DNA of 64,000 nucleotides from Octopus vulgaris (Eukaryota): NCBI GenBank assembly GCA_951406725.2, contig OX597832.1, positions 24,366,001 to 24,430,000 of the forward strand, read 5' to 3'. Shown piece by piece: positions 27,962 to 41,483 of this stretch (position 1 is its first letter; each line of letters starts with the position of its first letter). The notes under the pieces were generated by a model. It saw only the letters and a program-made list of their open reading frames with translations, ran no database searches and was not told where the DNA came from. The position numbers and the translations under genes were made by a program.

Positions 27962-29369
27962 TATCCACTAAGACACTGGGCAAGTGCTTACTACTATTGC
28001 CCCTGACTAACCAAAGTACTGTGCAATGGGACTGAATCTAAAATGGTAAAATGGAGAAGTTTATTTCAGTTTCACATCACCAGTTCTGCTCACCAAAAGT
28101 GGCCCATTCGGTACTGTGCATTTATCCAATCTCTGGGGAAGTTTGAAAAGTTTGCTTCCTAACCATTTGGTTCCAAGTTCAATCACACTGCAAGTGACCT
28201 CTGTTATTCCCAGACCTGACCAAAGCCTTGTGAATTCCATTGACATAGGCATATACATCGAGTGTTCTTCCAGTCCGCTTGTGTTCAGATCATGGGACGC
28301 TTGTCATATAAGCAATTTTGTATGTTCTTTTATTCTTTTACTTGTTCCAGCCATTTGACTGGGGCCTTGCTGGAACACTGCCTTAAAGAGTTTTAGTCAG
28401 AGAAATCAACCCCAAGATTTATTCGTTGCAGGCCTAGCACTTAGTCTATCACTTTTGCCAAACCGCTAAGTTAAAGGGGACTTAAAAACACTGGCATTGG
28501 TTGTCAAGTGGAACACACACACAATAGGCTTCTTTCAGTTTTCCTCCCTCCCTCTCTCTCTTTCGGAGAGGCACTGAGCAGCTATACACACACATACACA
28601 CACGGCAGTAACTTCCACCTACCGAATTCAATCACAAAGCTCCGGTCGGCTCGGGGCTATAGTGAAAGACACCTACCCTAAGTGCCACGCAGTGGGACTG
28701 AACCCGAAACCATGCAGTTAAGAAGCAAGCTCCCTAACCACACAGCCATGCCCCGTCTACGCAATCCACTCACAAGGCTTTGGTCGGCCTGAGGCTATAG
28801 TAGAAGATGGTTGCCCAAGGTGCCATGCAGTGGGACTGAACCCAGAACCATGTGGTTGAGAAGCAAGCTTCTCAGGACACAGCCATGCCTGTTCCTTCAT
28901 AATGTTAGTTATTTCTTCTGCGAAAAGGATGTTTGATCATGGTTTCTAACTATTTCCAGCAAAAGAATATTCGCTGAGGCCAGTTTTCATCAGTGGGAAA
29001 GCCTTTGGATTTCAAATATACACCCAGCCAGATCCACATGTAAAACTAACTGCCTGTATATCCTAACTTTTCAGACCACTGCGCAGACGCAGAATATTTC
29101 CGGCGACAGAAAGGATGCCAGTAAAAATTTCGAACAAATTTATCAGAGAATATTTAAACATAATAAATAATAATAGGGTAATAATAAATTATTATTACCA
29201 GTGGCCTAGCACAAAACGAATTAGTCATTAGGCTGAAACCATGGTCTGGGAAATTGAGATGGTAAACGTTTTTAATTTTCATTCCTTTCGAGAATTTATC
29301 CTTAATTGGTGGTTTGAGTTTTCTACTGCTTTTTCTAGCACAAGGCTTTCCTATTTGGAAGCCTCTTGA

Positions 29370-29403
<34 letters not shown>

Positions 29404-30812
29404 ATTATTTAAGGGAATATTATTCCTAACTTACAGGGAAAAATTCAATTTAGAAATACTAAATCAAATATCAGAAAATATAATATATATATATATATAT
29501 AAATTAGAAAAAAACACCTTTTTATCAATTCAAAATGAACAATTAAATTACACCATCTAGAAAATTACATATAATAGAAATATTAAAATAACAATATACC
29601 GAAGATTAAGTAAATTGCAAAACAATAATAAAACGTATATAATTGGTAGAATAACAATATATATATATATATTAGAAATATTAAAATTACTAAGTCTCTC
29701 TAAAGGAGAATACGGCAGCGTTACTGGATATTAATAGTTATCGCCATACTAATATGGCAGTCCATAAATATAAGACTAAAGCTGTCGCTGATTAGCTCCA
29801 AGAGGCCATCGCCTCTAGCTAGCTATATGACGCACGAACCTGCGTCCATTACAACCTTCGAATTATATTTATGGACTGCCATATTAGTATGGCGATAACT
29901 ATTAATATCCAGTAACGCTGCCGTAATCTCCTTTAGAGAGACTTAATAATTTTAATATTTCTATTATTGAAAACAAGTGGATGTATTCCACTGTAACTAG
30001 GTATATAAAATCTTCGAACAGACGGTCAGTAGCGACACCTGCTGGGTCTGACTACGCTGCATTGATAAAGAGCAACAACCCTGAAACATGTCTGACTAGC
30101 AAGGTGAAGCGGCTGACCTCCCCTGTTCGAAGGTTGCAATGGACGCAGGTTCGTGTGTCATATAGCTAGCTAGAGGCGATGGCCTCTTGGAGCTAATCAG
30201 CGACAGCTTTAGTCTTATATTTATGGACTGCCATATTAGTATGGCGATAACTATTAATATATATATCAAAGCGACGAATATAATTTGGCAAATCAAATTT
30301 AAATGTTGAAGTAAATCTAAGGGTTTTTGTGTTTTTAAATGGTTTATAGACACCTTACACACACACACATGTATATAAATTAGATTACATTTCTATACAC
30401 AAAAGAGGTGACCCTAACAAGACACCTTAAATGCTTAAGAGGACAGTTAAAACCCAAACCCTAGATGCGAGTAATTTCAAAGGGAATGAAAAATATAACA
30501 TTCCAATAGTTACCACCTATACTCGAGTTTCGACATCAATGAACATATAAAATAATTTACAATCCGTGTCTCATCAGCATGGTCGCTATAATTAATGTTT
30601 GGTTGTAGAACACTGAAGACAAACATGTTCCATCTACATACGTTAACATTTTTCAAATCCACCGCGCAAGCGCAGCTACAATCGGCAGTAAATGAAATAT
30701 ATATATATATATATATATAGTTAATCCAAACAAGAAAGCACAAAAAAAAAAACACAACCACGCGAGGACGTGGAACAAATATAGTATTATTGGACGCTCA
30801 GGAAAGAAGGAG

Positions 30813-30849
30813 TGTTTAACGTTTCGAGCGGAGCTCTTCGTCGGAAACA
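30813..30849 (-). ncRNA. Minimal hammerhead motif (CCGACGA core)
   Basis: TGTTT-CCGACGA-AGAGC-tcc-GCTC-GAAA-CG-T-T-AAACA; same family as 61205. Confidence 0.65.
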
Positions 30850-31059
30850 TAGAAGGGAAGACAGAGGAAAAAAATATATATTTGTACGTATACACACACA
30901 CACACACACAGTTCTTTGGTCCTAATCTTTATTTGGTATCGTATTCTTGAATACGTCCATGGTCCAAGGTTTGTTTCGATTCCAGTGCGAGACAATATGA
31001 TATATATAAAAACCACAAGACGAGTTTCGTAATTAAAAGAAGCACGAAGTCTACATATA

Positions 31060-31224
31060 GGCGCAGGAGTGGCTGTGTGGTAAGTAGCTTGTTTACCAAC
31101 CACATAGTTCCGGGTTCAGTCCCACTGCGTGGCATCTTGGGTAAGTGTCTTCTACTATAGCCTCGGACTGACCAAAGCCTTGTGAGTGGATTTGGTAGAC
31201 GGAAACTGAAAGAAGCCCGTCGTA

Positions 31225-31267
<43 letters not shown>

Positions 31268-31481
31268 GCGTGTGAGTGTTTGTGTGTCTGTGTTTGTCCC
31301 CCTAGCATTGCTTGACAACCGATGCTGGTGTGTTTATGTCCCCGTTACTTAGCGGTTCAGCAAAAGAGACCGACAGAATAAGTACTGGGCTTACAAAGAA
31401 TAAATCCCGGGGTCGAGTTGCTCGATTAAAGGCGGTGCCCCAGCATGGCCGCAGTCAAATGACCGAAACAAGTAAAAGAGT
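31060..31481 (+). mobile_element. SINE family A copy
   Basis: Same head, body and tail; more plus copies at about 22290-22680, 34203-34675 and 56749-57203. Confidence 0.88.
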
Positions 31482-31588
31482 AATATAAACATGTTAAAGG
31501 GGCGACACAATCTTAAGATGAAATGAATACTTCGCAAAATTATAATCTAAATAACAACATTTTAAAGTCATTAGCATAATTAATTCAA

Positions 31589-31611
31589 TTTATTCATTCA
31601 GAGAATTTATT
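31589..31611 (-). terminator. Two candidate AATAAA polyadenylation signals of the SVWC-like gene
   Basis: tttatt on + at 31589-31594 and 31606-31611, about 60-85 nt downstream of the stop. Confidence 0.5.
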
Positions 31612-31673
31612 ATAATGAATCTAGAGTCAGACTTTAGAGTCTTCTCAACAAAATAAAGAAATCCGTTCTGTGT

Positions 31674-31776
31674 TTACCCGGAGTTGGTTACACACCTTTC
31701 CTCACAACAAGCCGGATAATCTACATCGGGATTGACTATCTCCGTTTCTGTACAGTTATGCATTTGTGAACCGCAT
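31674..31776 (-). CDS. SVWC-like protein exon 3 (TCGSQMHNCTETEIVNPDVDYPACCEERCVTNSG*)
   Basis: ttatag acceptor, phase 2 matches exon 2, YPxCC...C motif, TAA stop. Confidence 0.85.
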
Positions 31777-33121
31777 CTATAATAAAGGAATAAGATAGAA
31801 ATATTGAAATGAAAGAAACGATTTGGCTGTGTTAGAAACATGCCATAACTAAGGAACATCAAATTTAGTTGTCTGGGAAATATATTGCCGGGGCTGCGGC
31901 TGTATTTGTTGTTGTTCTTGCTCTTCTTACTGTTGAGCGAAGCGGTCTTCGTCCCAGAGCCCGCAAGATGGGAGAAGTCCGAAACGTGGTCCTTTGCTAT
32001 TCGTAAGACCCGCAGAAGAGAAAGCAGGTCAACCCCCCCCCCCCGACACCGAGAGCATCGACGGATGGATGAATGCGCATCCAGGGTCAGAGGTTGCGTA
32101 GGAAGTCGGGGACAAGAAACAAGAAGAAAGGCTCAGAGAAAGTTGGGGCGAAAGAGTACAACAGGGGTCGCCACCACCCTCTGCCGGAGCTTCGTGGAGC
32201 TTTAGGTGTTTTCGCTCAATAAACACACAACGAAACCGCGAGTCCGCTGCCCTAACCAATGGGCCATTGCGCCTCCACTGTTGTTGGTGTTGTTGTTGAA
32301 GGTGGTGTTTGTGTTGTTATTGTTGCTGTTGTTGTTTTTGTCGTTATTTTAATCCTAGCGCAGATTTACATCAGACCAGCAGGCGTCTGATGAAAAAGAA
32401 ACCAGCTGTGGCCATTTCCCCACCCCCCATCAAACTATGTGTATGTAGGACTAATTAATCCGGCAGGACACCCCCTTCACCTGTTTCCTTCGCCCCACTA
32501 CGCACGCATGCCCACATACTCCCATATATACATATGTGCGCACACACACAAATAAGTAGTAAGACAGAAAGATAGATACATAGACAGAGAAAGACTCATA
32601 AACACGAAGGGATTCCACACAGTTTCCATCTCCTAAATCCAAGGTGCTGTAGTAGAAATAATTGATTAAGGAGATGCAAGGTAGTCTATTTAATCCCGCA
32701 GCAGTAAGTCTCTTTTTATAGGCCAGTTTGTTGAGGAGTGAGGCTGATTTACTTAGTATTTCTAGCAAGGTAAGCGAGCACATATAGGCTCCCTCGTTGC
32801 CTCGTGTTTATGTTTTTGTGCATGTGAGAGAGAGAGAGAGAGGGAGAAAGAGAGAAGGAGAGAGAGAGGGAGAAAGAGAGAAGGAGAGAGAGAGGGAGAG
32901 AGAGAGAGAGAGATTGTTGCTTTAGATTATATCTATTCGCCAAAAATCTTTGATGGAGAATAACTGCAGCCAAAGGCGTTCCAGTTGAGACCATCCTGCC
33001 TATTCTTATATTTAAAACTACATTATTCAACGTGTCCCTCCTTTTTACTATGATGTGATTCTAAGCTTAAGTTTCAGGACATTTGGCTGGTATGTCTAGC
33101 AGATCATTTGATCTTCTAGAG

Positions 33122-33932
33122 CAGGCATAGGCAAACTATCCGAGAATCGGGTCGCATGAGACATGGCCCATCATCAGGTAGGCCGAACTACTAAATTCAA
33201 GGTTATTCTTAGTTTGGTGTGCCGTTCAGGGTGTCCCGCGGGCCTGAACTACTAAATTCAAGGTTATTCTTAGTTTGGTGTGCCGTTCAGGGTGTCCCGC
33301 GGGCCTGAACTACTAAATTCAAGGTTATTCTTAGTTTGGTGTGCCGTTCAGGATGTCCCGCGGGCCTGAACTACTAAACTCAAGGTTATTCTTAGTTTGG
33401 TGTGCCGTTCAGGATGTCCCGCGGGCCTGAACTACTAAATTCAAGGTTATTCTTAGTTTGGTGCGCCGTTCAGGGTGTCCCGCGGGCCTGAACTACTAAA
33501 TTCAAGGTTATTCTTAGTTTGGTGTGCCGTTCAGGGTGTCCCGCGGGCCTGAACTACTAAATTCAAGGTTATTCTTAGTTTGGTGTGCCGTTCAGGGTGT
33601 CCCGCGGGCCTGAACTACTAAATTCAAGGTTATTCTTAGTTTGGTGTGCCGTTCAGGGTGTCCCGCGGGCCTGAACTACTAAATTCAAGGTTATTCTTAG
33701 TTTGGTGTGCCGTTCAGGATGTCCCGCGGGCCTGAACTACTAAATTCAAGGTTATTCTTAGTTTGGTGTGCCGTTCAGGATGTCCCGCGGGCCTGAACTA
33801 CTAAATTCAAGGTTATTCTTAGTTTGGTGTGCCGTTCAGGATGTCCCGCGGGCCTGAACTACTAAATTCAAGGTTATTCTTAGTTTGGTGCGCCGTTAAG
33901 GATGTCCCGCGGGCCTCAGTTTGCCCATGACA
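33122..33932. mobile_element. hAT (Charlie-like) MITE carrying a tandem array
   Basis: Ends caggcataggcaaact and agtttgcccatgac; preceded by tctaga; TSD not matched. Confidence 0.55.
33186..33917. repeat. 61-bp tandem repeat x12
   Basis: gaactactaaattcaaggttattcttagtttggtgtgccgttcagg[g/a]tgtcccgcgggcct with few substitutions. Confidence 0.97.
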
Positions 33933-34008
33933 TCGTTGTATGTATATGATCGAATGCGTGTGTACTTATGATAGTTTGTTGTTTGTGTAGAATTTCGAAG
34001 CTACTTAC

Positions 34009-34156
34009 GTTTTACACGGTCCCTTCATTAAGATATGCATATTTGGAAGTCCAGTTTCTGGATTAACGGTAAAGTCCAAAGTCCCTGTACAGTTGCACTC
34101 CGAACACTGTCCCTGATAACGAAATAATTCATTGATCTGAACGCCCTCTGGACAAT
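34009..34156 (-). CDS. SVWC-like protein exon 2 (DCPEGVQINELFRYQGQCSECNCTGTLDFTVNPETGLPNMHILMKGPCK)
   Basis: ttttatag acceptor, gtaagt donor, CxxCxC motif, phase 1 in and phase 2 out. Confidence 0.85.
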
Positions 34157-34408
34157 CTATAAAAGAAGCACATATAATTAATAAATATAAATTAATAATA
34201 TAGGGCGCAGGAGTGGCTGTGCAGGCGCAGGAGTGGCTGTGTAGGCGCAGGAGTGGCTGTGTGGTAAGTAGCTTGCTAACCAACCACATGGTTCCGGGTT
34301 CAGTCCCACTGCGTGGCATCTTGGGCAAGTGTCTTCTTCTATAGCCCCGGGCCGACCAATGCCTTGTGAGTGGATTTGGTAGACGGAAACTGAAAGAAGC
34401 CTGTCGTA

Positions 34409-34458
<50 letters not shown>

Positions 34459-34854
34459 TGTGTGTGTATATGTTTGTGTGTCTGTGTTTGTCCCCCTAGC
34501 ATTGCTTGACAACCGATGCTGGTGTGTTCACGTCCCCGTCACTTAGCGGTTCGGCTAAAGAGACCGATAGAATAAGTACTGGGCTTACAAAAGAATAAGT
34601 CCCGGGGTCGATTTGCTCGACTAAAGGCGGTGCTCCAGTATGGCCGCAGTCAAATGACTGAAACAAGTAAAAGAGTATATTTACGTACATTCAAACCAGA
34701 AAGGAGAAAGCTAATTCGAAGACTACTGATCTAAGCCATCACTGGAACGGTAAGAACCTTTCCAGAAGCTTATCCTTGGAGTATATATGAGCACCCGTAG
34801 ATTTGTAAGTATATGCATAAGAAGACATACCTAAAACAAAAGATAAAAATCTAC

Positions 34855-35785
34855 ATCCATACATACATACAAGCATACGTACACACATACATGCATACAT
34901 ACATACATACATACACACATACATGCATACATACATACACACATACATACATACATACATACACACATACATACATACATACATACATACATACACACAT
35001 ACATACATACATACATACATACATACATACATACATACATACACACATACATACATACATACATACATACATACATACATACATACATACATACATACAT
35101 ACATACATACATACATACATACATACATACATTCATACACACATACATACATACATACATTCATACATACATACATTCATACATACATACATACATACAT
35201 ACATACATACATACATACATACATACATACATACATACACACACACATACATACATACATACACACATACATACATACATACATACATACATACACACAT
35301 ACATGCATACATACATACATACATACATACATGCATACATACATACATACACACATACATACATACATACATACATACATACATACACACATACATACAT
35401 ACATACATACATACATACATACATACATACATACATACATTCATACATACATACATTCATACACACATACATACATACATACATTCATACATACATACAT
35501 TCATACACACATACATACATACATACATACATACATACATACATACATACATACATACATACACATATACATACACACATACATACACACATACATACAT
35601 ACATACACACATACATACATACATTCATACACACATACATACACACATACATACATACACACATACACACATACATACATACATACATACATACATACAC
35701 ACATACATACATACATTCATACACACATACATACACACATACATACATACACACATACATACATACATACATACATACATACATA
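34855..35785. repeat. (CATA)n microsatellite, about 930 bp
   Basis: Direct reading. Confidence 0.98.
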
Positions 35786-35957
35786 CTCTACTGTACAGCC
35801 TATAAAACAGGTCGATTGAATGACTGGTATTTGACTGAAGTGAGATTCGTGTTATGTTCATTTATACTATGGAGACGGGCTTTTCATTGTCATTTTTATC
35901 TAAGCAGCAGTAGTACCACCATAATCATTATCTTCCTCCTCGTGTTCCTCATCATCA

Positions 35958-36023
<66 letters not shown>

Positions 36024-36024
<1 letters not shown>

Positions 36025-36600
36025 AAGAGCAGCGCATGCCGTCAAAGTGACACTGGGGTAAAATATACGAAGCCCAGTATACCCACCATGACTACCCGTC
36101 TGATAAGGGTACACCAGGCGCATGCACCACAACCATATGTGCGCGACATGGTGATCTCATATCAAGATAAACAGCACATGACCTTGCTGGTGGATTCCCA
36201 GTTAGAATTTTCTTCTGGTCGAGTAACCCATCCCACTCGAAAGGTCCCTGAATAAGGGTTGTTTAAGGATGTTGAACGAAACACCCATGTTTCCAGAGGT
36301 GAATTATCTAAACCCCAAAGGATCCCTCGCAACACATGGCTATGATGCTCCCCCACTACTTCTGCTCGTGATCAGAGATGCACATATCGCCAGCCACTAA
36401 GGGACATGCTCAACTGGTTAAGGTCAAACAACTGACAAGCAAATCTGTGGTATTGAGCAGAATATTTGCTGTAGCCCATCTTTTATACCAAGACAAAACA
36501 ATGTACATGATAACACTTCCAATCAGTTAAGATCAGAAGCCATGGGAGCCACTGCCTGGTACTGCACCAGGGCATTGAAAGTCACTGCCTGGTACTACAT
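36024..36600 (-). mobile_element. Retroposon 3' end with (TAA)n tail; second copy at about 25585-26040 (+)
   Basis: Two highly similar copies in opposite orientation, both ending in (TAA)n. Confidence 0.7.
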
Positions 36601-36605
36601 CAGGG

Positions 36606-36648
<43 letters not shown>

Positions 36649-37188
36649 TTAGTGCTATGGTCAAAATGCTTCACGACACTTCTGGCTGTTTGCATTCTGC
36701 GTTCAAATCCCGCCGAGGTCAATTCTGCTTTTCATCCTTTCGATAAAATAAGTACCAGTTGTACACTGGGATCGACACAATCGACTTGCACCTTCCTTCC
36801 CGTATTTCACAGGCCATCATTGTTTTGGTCACATGTGTAACATTCGACTCATACGTTTGAAGCGTCAGTTTTATACAGATACCGCCATATACCTAGCTCC
36901 GCTTAGCCTTTCCTCATTTCGAGATTGATAAAATAAAATACCAGTCAAGTGCCGGGGGCGTCGATGTAATCGACTAACGCCCTTTCACTCCCCTCGGAAC
37001 TGTTGACAATGTACTTTAAGCAGGAAGCCAGTTTTAGTTTCCCCTGTAATAAATGTTAACGTGATTGTAATGATCGCATGGACACTGAATGTATGTAAAG
37101 AAATGTGAAACTGAAATTAGACGAAGAATAGGAGTTTGTAGGGAAAACATTTGAAGATACGTCAAAAGCTTCAACATCAAGGAATATA

Positions 37189-37409
37189 TTAGGTTGTCCG
37201 GAAAGTCCGTGCCGATGTTTAAAGCAAAGAAAAAGGTCAATAAATACTTGCCATTATATTTTTATTCAACTAAATATGAACCATTTTGTTGCACAATGCG
37301 TCTCCATCTTTCCTTTAACTTGAAAACACCCTCTTCCCAGAATTGAGGTGGTTTTATGGCAAAGAATTCATCAAGGTGTCTGGATGTTTTGCGTTCTCGT
37401 TCCATTTTG

Positions 37410-37467
<58 letters not shown>

Positions 37468-37874
37468 CAGGTTTCATGGCAAAGAATTCATCATGGTATC
37501 TTTTTACGTCATCCAAGGAATTGAAATTTTAACCATTAAGACTATTCTGCAGAGACCTGAATAAGTGGAAATCCGAAGGAGCAATATCTGGTGAATATGG
37601 AGGGTGGGGTAACACATCCCAGCCGAGCTGCATCAATTTTTGTCTGGTTCCCAAAGCATCAAGTGCCGAAAATGAACTTTCTTATCTTCCATTTTAAAGG
37701 GTTACAAAATTAACACAAGTTATAGGAACAGAAACCTTCTTCCATGAAAAGATAGCTTAAACTGTGCTCTAAACGGAGGTGTAGTCAAATCCTATTTTAT
37801 GGACTCAACCATGTTCTAAAATAAGTCGAAAGGTAAGCTACTATTAATCGGCACGAACTTTCCAGACAACCCAA
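37189..37874 (-). mobile_element. Internally deleted mariner transposon
   Basis: About 28-bp TIRs ttaggttgtccggaaagtccgtgccgat / atcggcacgaactttccagacaacccaa, TA TSDs, HPPYSPDIAPSDFHLF motif. Confidence 0.9.
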
Positions 37875-38119
37875 TAGATACAAAAACACGGACAAGGCTT
37901 TGTTAAACGTTACATAAGGCCCACACTTTTATATATCGAAGAAACATGGATATGGACGAAAACTGTCTGAAAAACTAGAAGCTTTTGAAATATGGACAGA
38001 GGGAAGAGTGTTGAGAATATTTCGGACAACACATAAAACAAATGAAGAAGGGCTACAACAGTTAGCAAATACAAACATATAATTACTTTCAACTCTTAAA
38101 ACATATGGATGCTAAAGTC

Positions 38120-39962
38120 CTTTGGTCATTTCTAGCTAACATTGGCCATCCTGCTCGTCACCTCGTCCCAGTTCTCGATCTGGAGATCTAGACCGAACCA
38201 GATACCGAGCAGTTTAACTGGTCCTTCTGTCCAGCCTCCCACGACGTTATTGGATGGTATGGACCTGCCATTCTAGGTGCCAACAGACCCACAGACTTTT
38301 CTTGATAAAGTTTGCTCCCGTCAGCGCCTCATAACCTTTTAGAGCAGCGCCATCCAAGTCTATGTGCTTGCTGTTCAATACTATCACGGTGACATCGTCT
38401 GTGTGTGCCGACATAGTCCTCTCAACTCCTACTTCGCACGGGATGCCGCTCAACGCCTCCAATTTCCGCAGAAATGGCTCTAAAGCCAGTACATACAGAA
38501 GAGACGAGAGTGGGCATCCTTGACGGACCGAACGCATGATGTTGAATGGTTCGGATAGGTAACCAATCTCCCGAACTACCGAGCAAATGTCACTGTACAT
38601 AGCAGCTATATAACCACGTAAAACGGGACCCAAATTGATCAGTGCCACACCCATACCAGCTTCCTTACCCATTCTATCTATTATGTATCGTATGTGGTGG
38701 TGGTTGCCGTGGATGGATCTGCTTGGGATTGCGCATGTTTGCGCATCACCAATCAGTTCTTCGACAAGAACCAACCACTTTGTTAATACTTTGGCCAAAA
38801 GTTTGAAATCTGCGACCGGCAGCGTTATGGGCCGAAAGTTCTATTTAGGTCCTCTTGTCTTGGTCCTTTCTCAGTAGTGCTACCGCCCCTCGGCCCACAG
38901 AGTTATGGATACTCCAGTTCTGCTCCCAGTTGCTGTAGATCTTTGCAAAGTCGCCGTCAAAGAATCTCGTGGGGCAGACCATCCAAAGCAGGCGATTTTC
39001 TTCCTGTGCAGCCCATCATCGCATCTCGTATTTCCGCGGCTGTTGTCGGCATTTCTCAACGCCTCACCCCACTTGCCGAGAATCGTGGCATGTTCAGGTA
39101 GGTATTGGAGTCCATCTTGCATTCCGGATTGCCATTCTTTCCAAACAGTTGGGCGAAGAGCTGCTGAAATGCCGCACACACCTGCTCGGGCTCGACTACC
39201 GTACGTCCATTTTGGTCCACCAAAGACCGAATTGTGGCTTTGTTACCATGTATGCCTCTGCCACTCGCGCGCTTCGAGTGGTTTTTGTTCCCTCTTGCCT
39301 TAGAGCACACTCCTTAGTTCCGACAATGAAACCTTCATGTTTAGCGTTGAAGAATTATTGGAGGGCCAATCACGCCGCCAGTGCGTCGGTTGCAATGCCT
39401 GTCCTAAGCGCCTCTTCTAAGTTTCCAAGTTTCCTTCTATTTTTTCCCCTTTCTGTCACTAATACCTTACTAAACCTAACTGATTCTACTCTAATTGCTT
39501 TTTTCCCGGTCGTACCATCATTTGCTGTTGACGATTGCCGCCACCGAGGCTCGTTTAACGAATTCTTTAATCCGATCTCTGTAAGTTTGGTACACTGCAA
39601 CTGACGCAATCAGCTTCTAGTAACCGGGTCCCTGCCGTCTAAGCCCATTTAGGTTGACCTTTCAAACCACAAACTTGTGGCCTGTCTAGCTGACGAGTTT
39701 GAAAAGTGGACACCGTATGCTATCCTTATCTACTGGCCTACAAAATACCTTGTCTAGATACGATCTGGATGACCCGATGCGATTCGTCCACGCCCAAATT
39801 GGCTCATCTGGGAAGTCCAGTCGGGACCTGACAGACAGTTGGAAATGTTTGAGCAGATCTGCGAGGCTTTTTCCATCCACTGTTCTATTAGCTAGCTCCA
39901 CACAGTCCAAACGTGGCTCCAAGACGTTGTTCCAATCATCTACTAACAGTAAAGGTCGCGAC
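38120..39962 (-). mobile_element. Degenerate L1/Tx1-clade LINE fragment (EN end and RT) in intron 1 of the SVWC-like gene
   Basis: DDWNNVL..SRSYLDKVF; SVRQGCPLSSLLYVLALEPFLRKL; AHTDDVTV. Confidence 0.85.
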
Positions 39963-40096
39963 GTTAATATAATAATAATAATAACAATACTAATAATGAT
40001 AATGATAATGATGATGATGACGATAATAATAACAATAATAATAATAGTAACAACAATAACAACAACAACAATAATAATCATAATATTAATAATAAT

Positions 40097-40143
<47 letters not shown>

Positions 40144-40199
40144 TAATAATGATAATAATAATAATAATAACAATAATAATAATGATAATGATAATAATA

Positions 40200-40616
40200 T
40201 TGCGATCACAATATAGCGGCGAAAGAATTTGACAAGATCAGTAAATATAAAGACTTGCTAATATAAATTGAAAAATGTAGCATCTCAAGGTGACTACAGT
40301 ACCAGTGATTGTAGGATCTCTAGGAATGATAAAAAAAGGCACTGAAACCTATTTGAAAATGATTCCAGGCTTATCATCCCTACAAGAAGTGCAAAAAATC
40401 GTGTTAACTGGAACGGCTCATGTACTGAGAAGAGCATTATCGCTGTGAAAACAACACCCATCCATGAATTTATTTCTATATTAATTTTTAAATACATATT
40501 TTATCTTTGAATTTGCGTGTGTAATCTGGGAATGCATGCAATGAGCTTCTCTGCCCCAGGTGTACGGAAAAACACTCGGCGAGAAACGGAAGAAAATTTG
40601 AAGCAAGAAAGAAAGA

Positions 40617-40618
<2 letters not shown>
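40200..40618 (+). mobile_element. 3' end of an R4/Dong-like (restriction-like endonuclease) non-LTR retrotransposon
   Basis: Hand translation KISKYKDLLI*IEKM*HLKVTTVPVIVGSLGMIKK..EVQKIVLTGTAHVLRRALSL*; (AAT)n on both sides. Confidence 0.75.
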
Positions 40619-40663
<45 letters not shown>

Positions 40664-40691
40664 TGATAATAATAGTTTCATGATCACTTAC

Positions 40692-40770
40692 CTACATCTT
40701 GAATATATGCACTGAATGCAAATTGCACCAGAACTGCAACCGCGATGATCTTGGCAAGGATTGAAATCAT
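40692..40770 (-). CDS. Secreted cysteine-rich SVWC-like protein, exon 1 (signal peptide MISILAKIIAVAVLVQFAFSAYIQDV)
   Basis: ATG at 40770, hydrophobic core with an A-F-S/A cleavage-like site, phase-1 gtaagt donor (acttac at 40686-40691 on +). Confidence 0.8.
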
Positions 40771-40874
40771 TCTCGTTCAGAAATACAGGCTCGTTGGTGG
40801 AGTGTGGTTCTGATGGGCTTTCAAAGAGTTTGTGAACAACTTTGGCCGAGACCTCATATATATACATATTGTTA

Positions 40875-40917
<43 letters not shown>

Positions 40918-41114
40918 TTCTTTTGTATGGGAGCAAGTGAGTGTGTTTGTGTCACTGTTTATTTCTTTGTTTATATCAAAATAGTCAATAGATATTATAT
41001 AATGATTTATCGAAAAGGTTTATTGTTTCCCATCACATCGCTCTATCGATGTAACCGTAACATCTGCTTTTAATGAAAGACATACGGTTATATTACGCAT
41101 ATATATATATATAT

Positions 41115-41220
<106 letters not shown>

Positions 41221-41295
41221 GTATATATATATATATATTTATATATATATGTACGTATATATATATATATATTTATATATATATGTACGTATATA

Positions 41296-41340
<45 letters not shown>

Positions 41341-41398
41341 CGGGTTGAGCCGGGGTTAACCACAGTAAATAAGGTACTCAATACATAGCAGAGTAGTA

Positions 41399-41483
<85 letters not shown>

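Noticed and set aside
33186-33917. CRISPR-like array
   Set aside because: Units are contiguous and near-identical with no unique spacers; eukaryotic context; no cas genes
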